Of a stretch of DNA of 64,000 nt, positions 44,401 through 54,527 are shown one piece after another; position 1 is the stretch's first letter; every line of letters starts with the position of its first letter. Location: assembly GCA_946965045.2 (NCBI GenBank), contig OX337228.1, forward strand, positions 4,216,001 through 4,280,000, in the 5' to 3' direction. The DNA is from Epithemia pelagica. Taxonomy: Eukaryota > Protista > Bacillariophyta. The translations under genes and the position numbers were made by a program. The notes under the pieces were generated by a model. The model was not told where the DNA came from, did not search any database, and saw only the letters and a program-made list of their open reading frames with translations.

Positions 44401-47184
44401 GGTCTACCCAATTTACAACATGGCCAGTGCGGACCTGATGTTACGATTCACCTGCACGGAACGGACCAACCTCAGAAACTTAGACAACTCTCCTCCTATG
44501 CATGCCACAAAACTCTTGGTGTTCAAAAGTCACCCAAATGCACGGATTCCGAACTCTACGCAGCGCTAGATAAGAAAAACAAAGCTCATATTCGGACAAT
44601 GGCCAACAGTCCATTCACCCGCACTGATTCTTGGGCGTATTACCATTCAATCTACTTACCAAGTATGACATACCCCTTCCCGTCTTCAACCTTGTCTGAT
44701 TCGAACTGTCAATCCTTACAACGTCCTTTCAAACAAGTCTTCTTACCAAGATACGGGTTTAATCGCAATACTCCCAATGCAGTTGTATATGGTCCTACTG
44801 AATATGGCGGCCTTGCATTACGAGACCTATCAGTCGAAAAGAGCATCAGTCAAATCTATCTCTTCCTTGCATGTGTGAGATCCCAAGGAGTAGCTTCAGA
44901 ACTCGCTTTGATTGCAGTGTCGTGGGGACAGTTCTTGGCAGGGATTAGCAAGCCTATTCTACAGCACGTGGATATACGCTTACCTCATATGGAACCAATG
45001 GTCTGGATACCCCAAGTACGATCCTTTTTGGCGTCTATCAAGTGTACCGTCGAGTTGACAACAACCTTTGTTCCTCCCCTGCAGCGTCAAGGTGACAGTT
45101 TTCTTATGGACCACGCCATCTCACTGGACTTCAACGATACTGAGTTATGTTTGGTCAATGCATGCAGACTCTACTTGGGCGTCACTCTCATGAGTGACAT
45201 TGTGACTGTCGATGGAAAATACCTGTCCTTGTTCGCGATCGACTGTTCTCGGGACACGCACTCTAGAGCAAAAGGCTTATTGCCCTATCAAACTAATCCG
45301 AGCCGCAAAGCGTGGACGATATGGAAAAGACTTTTGCTGAGCTTTACTGTTTCGGGATCTCTGAAACGTCTCCACCGACCGCTTGGGGCATGGCTGGTCA
45401 CAGGTCTTGATACTTACCGTCAGTGGAATGAATACCTGGATCCAACAAACTACTCCCTCTACGTCCAGATTGATGATCAGTTTGAGCGTTTCGTATACCA
45501 ACGTCCTTACTTTGTCACCACCGCATCGCTCGTCAACATGCTTCCTTCGACCTGTCTTCCTGCTCAAAGCGTGCATCAGAATGGGCGACGTACTCTTCTC
45601 CCAGTGTCACCAGCAACCATTACACCCCCAGAAGCGCCTGCAATCGACTTGTCTAGCCATATTTCGAAATTGGAGGATTGGGAATCACAGCTTCTTCGCG
45701 GGTTTGACATTCTTTGCTCACTCAATACCTTACAGCACGAACTGTTTCAAACCAATTTGCAACTTCTCCTGTGTAGCGACGGCTCTGCGGCCCAATTCCG
45801 GGGCACATTCGGCTGTGTCGGATGTACACTTCAAGGTCTTCGTCTCTTTCGTCTTAATGGTCCTGCTCCTGGCTATAGGACTTCATCTTTTCGGTCCGAA
45901 AGTTATGGCTGCCTCAGCATACTTCGATTCTTATTTCGCCTGTTTGAATTTTACTCGCAATCTTTACCAGATTCGGTCACAGTGTACACAGACTCCAAGA
46001 GTCTGGTTCAAACTATCAACAAACGTCTCGAGTGGTCCTATGACTTCACGTACTCAACAATGAACCCAGACTGGGACATCCAACAGTCTATTTCTTCTAC
46101 AGTAAGACAATTCCCACAAGTCCCGTCTTTTCGTCATGTGAAAGGCCATCAAGATAATAATGTTGCTCCCTCCACTCTGTCCCTACCAGCCCAATTGAAT
46201 GTTGAAGCCGACAATTTGGCATCGTCGTACGTTTATCCACCTTCAATCTCCTCGCGGATAGCTCCTCTTATTGGGGGAGCAACTGCTATTCTTCATGGTC
46301 CCTTTGGCACGATCAATTCAAATTACCGCTCCATTCTCCGTACGTTAGCCTCAGCACCAACCTTGCGCAATTACCTACGCAACAAGCACGATTGGAGTTC
46401 TGATGTGTTCAATTCCATCGATTGGGAGTCACACGGTATTGCAGTTCGCTCTAATTTTTCCAGGCGTCATTTTGTGGTCAAATTTCTTCACCAATGGCTT
46501 CCCCTGGGTCATCTGAAAGCACGTTATGCCACCTACTACAGCGACGAATGCCCCTCGTGTCCACAACCTACACACGAAGACCATGACCATTTTCTTCGAT
46601 GTCCCAACAGGTCTTGGCTTGGCTCATTACTTGATGATCTTCGAGAATTTTGGCACGATCATCACGTTCACCCGTCCCTCTGCACTCTCCTCACCGAGTA
46701 TCTCCACTCCTGGTTCTCTTCCACTCAGCCATCTCCCCTACCCACAACATCTCCTTACTTCGCCCTTCAACGCACTCAACTCAACATTGGCCTAGATCAA
46801 CTAATTCTCGGCCGTTTTGCACTCCTATGGTCCGCACTACAAGACACCTACGCCACAACTACTACCGAATCAGCAATTTCTGGACAACGATTTGTTACTG
46901 GTACCATCAAGCTCATGTGGGTACATATGTATCAACTATGGAAAACCAGGAATGAAGCTCTCCATGGCTCTACATCTCCTTCCCGTGAAACCGCAGCCTA
47001 TGCACAGGCCCAACGCGAAGTTGCTGCCTTATATTCTATCCGCCACACCGTTCTACCCCGTGATCAATCACTTTTCTACGATTCCCTTGATACTCACTTC
47101 TCCATCGATACTACTTCTGTTGCTCTCCGTTCCTGGCTCAATACTTGGAGACCTGTCATCTTGCACTCTGCCAACCACACCTAA
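41452..47184 (+). CDS. Ambal ORF2 polyprotein: AP endonuclease, reverse transcriptase, RNase H, C-terminal CCHC-like knuckle
   Basis: APE: CNPNG, IFET, SAYQ, MGDFN, RIDY, DHR. RT: QFGGVPGK, DYDATACYD, GSGQGAGNSP, FVDD, LNLEKC. RNase H: SDGS, SESYG, YTDS, HVKGH, NVEAD. Knuckle: CPSC...HFLRC. Confidence 0.96.
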   Translation: MVSTARNNQSTDYLDETITTYIDHSQSHEFFDALDDTTALNYAHNEYIGTSPPTKTRDIYRIFGCNPNGLTLDEKGGDFAEYCEEIHDLEADSWGIFETKLDTTNAKCKETLFNTIQQHFEHSRLVFSSSVIPSPRRSFYKPGGTLLATGGHVTGRVVSQGSDKLGRWSYQVLSGRGQKSITIISAYQVCAQPIVDPTNNRIRSFTASAQQISLLRQAGRDITPRAAFVEDLNKFIENRQAQQSEVLVMGDFNEALNDSMTGMSKLQSDRGLIDLMFQLTGMTEFGTHVSGHERIDYVLCTPGIAQAALTGCYEPFKKRGRGGDHRNIVIDFDVVQLFGNKTPNLGPISSREFTSKDRSTNRQYMESKHDFLRRHNFGLRLQSLKDNWDQDLAERLDKDFQRAGKYAAKRCTKKPRSIPFSRELADLRVQKNTLLKVISSIRLNRNFDAGLMHTTRHGHSFLIPDTLQDCQTQLRAVQRRITEITKTAVFRRQNELKLALEEAKKSGDTKTSKAIKHRMAAERTKAMYDKLRKCRGTTKNGITRLDVPAEDNDQDYAACTEWITIDTPSEIETKLLQRNQRHFGQAQNTYPTIPPFSEWVDWGASSHTSELILEGSWAPPEIDELSQSMINHMKSRVNLDSVPGGLTKDEWIGKIKAWPESTTTSPSGFHLGHSKVLLAPTDLEPQSTEFEALEEKRADLIDWQVGLLNVALVNGYCYERWKHIVNVMILKEPGNLKIHRLRVIHLYEQDYNLVLATKWRKMILNCSNQQVLNPSQFGGVPGKDAVIPTFIEEMQYEISRASKRPLVHMDYDATACYDRIVMNFGSLASRAFGQHRSITFINARNLAEAKYYLKTKLGVSERFYKHCQIFPIYGSGQGAGNSPAIWCVISCVLFDVYEEKAYGATFESPCRKFKTQLYMIGFVDDTSGSTNDFALPAQAPLDTYISKATHDAQRWNDTLSLSGGALNLEKCTYHFMHYTFSIDGLPNLQHGQCGPDVTIHLHGTDQPQKLRQLSSYACHKTLGVQKSPKCTDSELYAALDKKNKAHIRTMANSPFTRTDSWAYYHSIYLPSMTYPFPSSTLSDSNCQSLQRPFKQVFLPRYGFNRNTPNAVVYGPTEYGGLALRDLSVEKSISQIYLFLACVRSQGVASELALIAVSWGQFLAGISKPILQHVDIRLPHMEPMVWIPQVRSFLASIKCTVELTTTFVPPLQRQGDSFLMDHAISLDFNDTELCLVNACRLYLGVTLMSDIVTVDGKYLSLFAIDCSRDTHSRAKGLLPYQTNPSRKAWTIWKRLLLSFTVSGSLKRLHRPLGAWLVTGLDTYRQWNEYLDPTNYSLYVQIDDQFERFVYQRPYFVTTASLVNMLPSTCLPAQSVHQNGRRTLLPVSPATITPPEAPAIDLSSHISKLEDWESQLLRGFDILCSLNTLQHELFQTNLQLLLCSDGSAAQFRGTFGCVGCTLQGLRLFRLNGPAPGYRTSSFRSESYGCLSILRFLFRLFEFYSQSLPDSVTVYTDSKSLVQTINKRLEWSYDFTYSTMNPDWDIQQSISSTVRQFPQVPSFRHVKGHQDNNVAPSTLSLPAQLNVEADNLASSYVYPPSISSRIAPLIGGATAILHGPFGTINSNYRSILRTLASAPTLRNYLRNKHDWSSDVFNSIDWESHGIAVRSNFSRRHFVVKFLHQWLPLGHLKARYATYYSDECPSCPQPTHEDHDHFLRCPNRSWLGSLLDDLREFWHDHHVHPSLCTLLTEYLHSWFSSTQPSPLPTTSPYFALQRTQLNIGLDQLILGRFALLWSALQDTYATTTTESAISGQRFVTGTIKLMWVHMYQLWKTRNEALHGSTSPSRETAAYAQAQREVAALYSIRHTVLPRDQSLFYDSLDTHFSIDTTSVALRSWLNTWRPVILHSANHT

Positions 47185-47441
47185 CTTGCTACATGTTTCG
47201 CTCTACAGTTAGTCCTCGCCTTCGTTAGCTCGGAGGCCCGGCGCGTCGGTCGGCGTCATCCTAGCGGATACGTGCGGCAGCGTTAAAATAGACTGTACCT
47301 TTTTTTTTTTTTTTTAAATTAGTTCAACGGGGCGGAGGAACATAACCGATACACCCAAACAGAAGCCTGACTGTCAACCTTTGCTGATGGAACGAGAACA
47401 TACACAAAATCAAAAGTGAAACAAAACAAACCAACAGTTGA

Positions 47442-49175
47442 ATGAGCGCAATGAAAACAGTTGGTTTCTCTCGAATAGAAAAGCATTGGACTTTCTTAGC
47501 TCTCTCGTATGCTTTCTATGGCACAGCTCAAGTGACAAGCAGTGTTGTCACGTCGACGGCAAGCGTTCCATCGTCTGTATTTCCAGCTCCAGCTGGAACT
47601 CATATTGTGGCAGCTCGACGGCGAAACTTTTGGATGGGATGGGCTCGTGGCGGAGCTCCCAACAGTCTAATTCAGTCCGTCCCTGCTGCGACTCGCCGAC
47701 GGAAGGCGATTCCTTCGAATGGTCCTGAAGAACATCACAGCACCAAAGTGATTCAACAGGTCGTTTCCGTCAAAACACAACAATTGGCAAAAAAAATCAA
47801 GGCAAGGCTTCCACCAATATCACCACCACCAAAAGATGATACAGGATTCTTCTATGGGTTGACAACCAACATGGTTGGCGCGTCCACAACAGATAGACCG
47901 GTCAGCGAACGAAAACCGAAGCAACCTGGGATGCGAGAAGCAGTAGTGCTCACGCTCGACGAAATTAGAGTGTTGAGAGAAGAAATGGAAGCCCTACGGA
48001 AAGAGGTCCAGTCGCTTAAGCGGCAGTTGACGCCCTCAGACATTGTTGGGTCTCCTTTGCAAGGAGAACTTGAACCGGAGTCCTTGCTGTCAACAGAGGA
48101 GCTTGAGAAACTATACCAGGAAATGGCAACTTCTATCGAAGTATGGGGAGCTCGTATGCTTCAGGAAGATACTGAGGATGGTTGGGTGGAAGTGAAATGC
48201 AATAAAGTGATGCGCAAAACACTCAATCCTGAAGGTACGACTCGTGCCTACCTGAAATGGATGAGGGATCCTCGCGGAGCAGGATGTGTAAACCCCAAAG
48301 ACGACCGCGAATATCCTTGTCTAAAATTCAGTGGCGTGATTGATGCGCCTCTGGAAACTGTATGCCTCTATTTGTCGAAAGAGCGGAATCTACCCGAATA
48401 CAATGACTTGATCGAATCGCACAAGGATTTACAGGAAATCACTCCTTCTTCCAAGGTCTGTTTGGGGCAAACTCCACAGATCCTTTTCATTCGGCCGCGA
48501 TCTCTCGTCACATTTTGTCAACATCGGTGGCTCTCAGACGGCAGCCAATTGGTATTAAGTCAGGCTTGTCGACATCCAAAAAGACTGAATAAGCAAAATA
48601 TGGGAGTGTTTCTTGACTCGGATGAACTGGATGACCAGAAACAACCGTTGGCGTTTGCCTTGCGGGGACTGAATCACATTGGTCCAGATCCAAGTGATCC
48701 GGAAAACAAAACGCGAATCACCTTTTTGGCACATGGCAATCCAGGTCAGGACGTTCCATCCTGGGCGGTGAAAACGGCTGTTGGGGCTTTGGCCAACATT
48801 GAACCCTTCAAATTGTTTCATCGAATAAATCTCAGTGTGCAAAAAAAGTTATCGAAGCTTCAGGAAGAATTGGAGGAGCTCCAATCGGCGCAACTAGTGT
48901 CCGAAAGGCCGGATGGACGGACTACACGACCAGCGGGGATCGCACAACTTGGATATGCATGCTTTTGGCCAAATGGTGGCGGTGCTGTAAGCTCGAAGAA
49001 AACACCGTTATCGAAGGTTTTGGAACTTCCTCCAAGGCCCAGACCGCAGCCTCCCATTTCGGACGAGGATAATGATGAACAATTACAGGATGAACGGGCT
49101 ATGGGATCAGTTGCTGCAGCCGAAGCATCAACGTCCTCTCTCAAGAACACCTACAGTATGAGCACATCGACATAA
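47442..49175 (+). CDS. START/SRPBCC lipid-binding domain protein with coiled coil
   Basis: Coiled coil (LDEIRVLREEMEALRKEVQSLK) followed by a START-like region (LKFSGVIDAPLETV, PEYNDLI, FIRPRSLVTF, ITFLAHGNPG..VPSWAV). Confidence 0.75.
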   Translation: MSAMKTVGFSRIEKHWTFLALSYAFYGTAQVTSSVVTSTASVPSSVFPAPAGTHIVAARRRNFWMGWARGGAPNSLIQSVPAATRRRKAIPSNGPEEHHSTKVIQQVVSVKTQQLAKKIKARLPPISPPPKDDTGFFYGLTTNMVGASTTDRPVSERKPKQPGMREAVVLTLDEIRVLREEMEALRKEVQSLKRQLTPSDIVGSPLQGELEPESLLSTEELEKLYQEMATSIEVWGARMLQEDTEDGWVEVKCNKVMRKTLNPEGTTRAYLKWMRDPRGAGCVNPKDDREYPCLKFSGVIDAPLETVCLYLSKERNLPEYNDLIESHKDLQEITPSSKVCLGQTPQILFIRPRSLVTFCQHRWLSDGSQLVLSQACRHPKRLNKQNMGVFLDSDELDDQKQPLAFALRGLNHIGPDPSDPENKTRITFLAHGNPGQDVPSWAVKTAVGALANIEPFKLFHRINLSVQKKLSKLQEELEELQSAQLVSERPDGRTTRPAGIAQLGYACFWPNGGGAVSSKKTPLSKVLELPPRPRPQPPISDEDNDEQLQDERAMGSVAAAEASTSSLKNTYSMSTST

Positions 49176-49472
49176 CTACAACGATAGCACCAATTCGAGA
49201 ACCAAAAGTAGTTGTCCAAGTTTGCTCGTGACAGAACGATTTGAACCGAAAAGGGCCGAATATAATGAACGGAATGATTTGTACTCATCCCGCATCATGT
49301 CGAGAGGCCAGAGAGACAAAGAGAGATTCGGCCCAAAGTCTTATTTCTCAACTAAATTCAACAAACTTAGAAAGATGCGAAGTGTTTGAAGGATTTCAAA
49401 CCGACTATCGTCTGATTACTTTCTATAATGCGTCTAATGTAGCGTCGTGTTGGTTGGTTGCTCAAGGCAACT

Positions 49473-51516
49473 TCATACTCCTGCGATCGCCGCAACCCGT
49501 GAACTCATTCCAGAAGATGGTCCACTCGTACTCGCAACTTGACTCTCATTTTTGTCTCCGACCGGTTTCTTTTTTGGTACCCAGGCGCAAGTTCTGTAAC
49601 GATCAAACAACAACACGGACGTGAGAAGAAATGATGAACAGAAGGAAGTGCCATGCCGGGATCTGGATGGTGCAGAAAACTTACTGAATCCATTGAGATT
49701 GAAACGATTGCCAGGATTCACCCTCCGTACCAATTGAAACATCTCCATCGGAGGGATTATGAAGAGTCACATGATAGTCGACGAGAGGTTGCAATACCTT
49801 GACTGACCTGGGTACTTGCTCGTATGCTTGTAACAACAATGGTTCTGGCACCACACGTCCAGTTTCTTCGGCTCGTGCACGTGCACGAGCCAGAATCGTC
49901 TCTTTGGGTGCCGTTACCTGAATGATTGCCAGTCGCAAAATCGGAAACTCTTTTCTCAATCGTCCGAAATACTCTTGATACCATTTGGAGTCTCGCAAGG
50001 AACCATCAACGAGCACATTTTTCCCTGCTTGAAGACCTGCCAAGGTCAGAATTTCCGCAAGGAAACCAGCTTCTTTTCGAGTGAGTTCACCAGCAAGTTC
50101 TGGTGCAAGGTTAGCATACAAATGGTACTCAGGAAGCATGCGCCTCAATTCATCTGGATCAACATTGACAAATGCAACAAGTGGGAAAAGACCTCTGTCA
50201 ACCATCCTTTTCATGGTCCAACTTTTCCCCGCTCCCATTGCCCCAGCTGTGAAGACAATCCATGGTTCAGTTGGGGTTGTACAGACAAATCCATCCTTGT
50301 CGGTGATCGAAACCTTTTGCATAAAATCTTGCAACACAGAATCCTGGAATCTTTGTCGTTCAAATGTGTAGTTCCTATGGTACGAATAATCCAGAGTAGC
50401 TCGAATATGCGCAAACCTTCCGTAAAATTGCATATCGTTGGAACAGTGATTCTCTTCTGTAGATTGAAGGACTGAAAAGCATCGTCCAGAGCAGCGACGA
50501 GAGGATGTCCGCTGTAAGAGCATCGACCTGCGACTCATGGATGGTCTTGGAGGTGGAGGCATGGCAAGACTATCTTCGTCAAGAGAGGATTCGAATCGGG
50601 ACATTTTTGGCACTTTTCGGTTCGATTGCTCAAAGGTTTGTGTAAAGCCTTCCCATTTCTGATCAAGAATCTCCAAGCCATTGGGTGTATTGGAGATGGT
50701 GGCAAAAAAGTCCGCCTCTGATCGGACAATTTCAACGCTCTTTTTCATTCTCTCCATTTCCGACTCAAAGAACTCCAAGTCATCGGGGTAAAGGCGACGT
50801 CCTGTAATTAGTTCCATTCTTTCTCGTCGATCTTGAACCACTTCGGCAGATGGAGCATCGATATGAATGACAGCCACTTTGAGATGTGAAAAGGCTTGCT
50901 TCAGCCTTTGCGCTAGTTGACAAAACCATTGTGGGTGACGCAAAGATGTATCCCAAAGAACTGAGTGCCCTGCTTGAAAGGACGCCCAACACAAGGTTTC
51001 CGCAATATACCCTGCTTCCTTCCCAGTGCACGAGTCGACCAGCTCTGGTGCATTGTCAACAAAGGATCGAAACTCGGGAAGCAAGCGGCGAACTTCGTCG
51101 ATATCGACACAACAGTACGATGTCAACAAGAACTTTTCTTCGTCGGCCAAATTCATCATGGTATAGTTTTTGCCTGCTCCTTGAACTCCGACTGTCAATA
51201 CGAGCCAACGAGTCTCACAGCCTGGCACCACTGGTTCCACATTTTCCAAATAATCTTCGATGATGGAATCATGGAGCCATTGCCGTTCCTTGCGATAATG
51301 GCAATGAAAGGAATCATGATCGAGGTATTGCTTTCGTATGTTTCCAAAGGCCCCCACATACAATGGAGTATCGTCGACGCCAATTCGGAAATGGTTCTCG
51401 GTGGAGAGGCCTACGGAGAATCGACGATACTTGCGGTGTGGACCGAGGCAGGACTTGGATTCACGACAGTCATCATCCTCACTAATCCGGCTGAGAGTGT
51501 GCTTACCTGCCGTCAT
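49473..51516 (-). CDS. Protein with two tandem zeta-toxin-like P-loop kinase domains, 2 exons
   Basis: Walker A motifs TVGVQGAGKN and TAGAMGAGKS, each followed by (C/N)VD.DE.RR.LPE(F/Y), EAG(Y/F).AE and VL(W/V)D.SLR. Intron GTAAGT...TTACAG at 49684-49594 adds the last exon TCAWVP...AGV. Confidence 0.88.
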
Positions 51517-51952
51517 CCGTCAATTCGATTGATAGAGCGGGGCCAGGACAGGAAGATCACAAAGAGATCAAGTCTTTTGTGGTTGCGCACAAGAAATTGC
51601 CTGCAAAAGGTCTGCACCAAAAGGCTCACTCGCAATTCCAACTACTCCTAAAAGATGAGAGCAGAAGAAAAAGTCCCGTCCACGTCGATGGAATTCGACA
51701 AGGACAAGTGGGACAAGACGAAAAGTGAAGAGACGATGACGACGTACGACCAGCATGCACGTTGCGCAATGCGCACACGCGCGGTTTTCTCCCCCATTTG
51801 ACCAGCGCACACAACATTCCTTGCAAGTTCCCAGCATTCTTCCATTTGCTGTGCCACCGCATGCCGAAAGGCTAAACGGGAACTCAAAAAGAGAACGCCA
51901 ACAGTCAAAGGCAAATCACCATCCTTATTATATATCGCACTCCGTTGCAACA

Positions 51953-53147
51953 ATGTGGACAATGTCAAAAAGATCCATTGTTGTTGCCATCTTTGTCTCT
52001 CATTTGGCGCTGTTACTCCTTTGCCATGTGGCAACGGCCAACTCGAATCACTCTGATTCATCACCTTCGCCATCACTCTCTTTCACCGAATGCTGGGAAA
52101 AAGTATTGACCGATGGTCCGTCGGCCCTTGTCGAACCTCGCGATCAAATATTATTCATTGCTCTCCTTCTATTGTCATTCGAGTTCCTTGACTTTTCGGC
52201 CAAAAATTCTGGAAGTACGTTGTAGTGTTGTTTTGGTTACTGCCCTTGGTTGTGGCAATGACATGGTCGACCGTGCCTCTCAACAACAACTCAGAGTGGA
52301 AAATGAAATCTCTCAAATAACTCATGTTTCATTGTTACCAATCTTGGACTACAGAATGGTTGGGTGCTTCTGAAATCCCAGTCCGAGGAAAACATCTTGA
52401 CAATCTTTCCCTGACAGATCTGATTTTCATTGGCCTCAGCAAGGCTGGAACAGCTCCCTTTGTGTACTGGTATTTGCGATTCTGCTACATGGATTCGGAA
52501 CGGATTGATTGGTATTTGGAAGACTTGTCGTTTGCAAATACCATTGGCGCAATGGTATCATTGTTTGTTGTCTATGACTTTTTCTATACCATTTTGCATT
52601 GGTCGTTGCACATCAAGGCCATTTACGGTTGGATTCACAAGCACCATCATATTCAAAAGGCCCCCAGTCGCGCCAATGTGGACGCTGTCAATGTTCATCC
52701 CATTGAATTTGTTTTGGGTGAATACAATCATTTGTGGGCACTCTTTCTTGTGACACGTGTCATGAATGTTCATTTGTTGGCGGCCTTTGGCTTTTTGGGT
52801 GTGGGAGGCTTTTTGGCTGGATTGAATCATACTCGGTATGACATTGTGATTTCTGTATTTGGATGGACCCTGTACGATTCCAAAGTGCACGACGTTCACC
52901 ATCGCATCCCGCAATCCAATTATGGACAATATATCATGCTATGGGACCACATTTTTGGTACTTTCAGGTAATGTGTGGAAGGAATCTACCTAGCTGCATT
53001 GGCAACTTTTGAAGTAAAAAATGTTCTCACGACATTCGTCTCAATGTTTTTCACAGGCCATACAATCCCAAAGATCGAATCAACAGTGAAGCACAACTGG
53101 ATCCATTGACTGGCAAAACAATTGAATCCAAGGCAAAATCAACATGA
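51953..53147 (+). CDS. Fatty acid hydroxylase / sterol desaturase family membrane enzyme, 3 exons
   Basis: His boxes HWSLH, HKHHH and HDVHH, plus NYGQYIMLWDHIFGTF. GT-AG introns at 52215-52354 and 52968-53056 restore one frame ending ...KAKST*. Confidence 0.9.
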
Positions 53148-53209
53148 TGCTAGCACTTGTAAATACGCTGCTGTTGTCCTTGTTTATAGAATTGCTTTTA
53201 CATTATATT

Positions 53210-54068
53210 TTACGCATCCGCATCATCCGCAATGGCATTGAGATGTGATTCAATGTCATCTTCTGTCAACATCTCTAGGGCTCCCGTACTGCCTTGAACC
53301 TGCGCGACTTCGACTTCATTGCCTCGAAAGTCGCTTCCAAGCACATGCCCTAAGCAGGTGATTGCTGTCCGAACAACTTGATCGCAGGACATGTCCTTCA
53401 TGTCGTCCACTCGTTTTTCCAAAAAGTTCATGGCCTCTTGTTCCTTGGGACCCGCGGCCGCAGCAAAAAAGGGTAGAAAATGTCCCCCACAATCCACCTT
53501 GTACACAGTGGGACCTTTTTCGTCGTCGACTCCAATAAAAATGGCGATGACGGCGAGAGGTCGCATCGAGGCTGTCTGTGTATTGACCTGGGCCAAGTCG
53601 GCCATGCGTTTGGCAATGACCGAGACGGGGGTAGGGTAGCCGTGATCGAGTTGCCATTGACCGGCTTCGTATCGTGCCCGTTGAATAAAGGACTTGCAAT
53701 CGGCCATGGCTCCCGTAAGACAACATCCCACCTTTTTGGAGATGGAAAACAAGTGTGTGACACTGGAGGGTTCCATCAAACGATCCGGTACCTTTTTCTG
53801 TGTCACGACTGCCACCGAATCCTTTCCGCGGACGGCCACCACAGTCAATCCAGATTGTGCCGCTTTGAAACAGTATTCCATTTGGTACAACCGACCCTGC
53901 GGAGAGAAAATTGAAATGTGATGATCATAATTGCTGAAACACGAAACAAGAGACAAGAAATCACAAGGGCCACAATTGGGATGATTGTGGTGTCAGATGG
54001 CTGTTTGTATCTCCACAACAAATGCCTCGAAAATGAAAACACCGGTCCACTTACGAATCTCGGCTCAT
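53210..54068 (-). CDS. PSMA6: 20S proteasome subunit alpha type-6 (alpha1), 2 exons
   Basis: MSRDS/NYDHHISIFSPQGRLYQMEY across intron 54054-53934; VVTQKKVPDRL, ARYEAG, ADLAQVNTQ.ASMRPL. Confidence 0.95.
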
Positions 54069-54527
54069 GGTTGGCCAATAACGTTGAAACGAAGTGAAAG
54101 GAACGAAAGAACCAAGGTTTAATCTGTCCTCCAATGGATGCCCCGGTTGGATGTTGGATCGAAGGATTGTCAATTAGATCTTCGCCCTGCTTCCAACTGG
54201 GTCGGTGAACCACAGCGCTTTTGAGTCGCTTTTGAATCACTCACATTGCTCGATCGCACGTGTGGGCTCCGCTCGCTTGTGGTGACGTGTCGTATCGAGC
54301 GGAGAGAGACTGCTTGGTCGTAATCATTATTTAACAGAAATTCATCGGTGTAATTATGACTATGGAAATAATCTGTACGAATAATAACGGCTCGTCGCCG
54401 CGGCCGCGGAGAAGTCAAATCAGAACCGCAGTTCGCGGCATCATTCATGTGCCCCTCTTCTTCTCTGTCTTAGAGAGAGTACGGTAAAAAGCCGCAGAAG
54501 TTTGTCCAAACATCGAGAGCTTGGACC

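Larger units (their letters stand above)
39595..47315 (+). mobile_element. Ambal-type non-LTR retrotransposon copy 2, full length, both ORFs intact
   Basis: 14-bp TSD AAATTAGTTCAACG at 39581-39594 and 47316-47329. About 7.7 kb; ends in T16. Confidence 0.97.
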
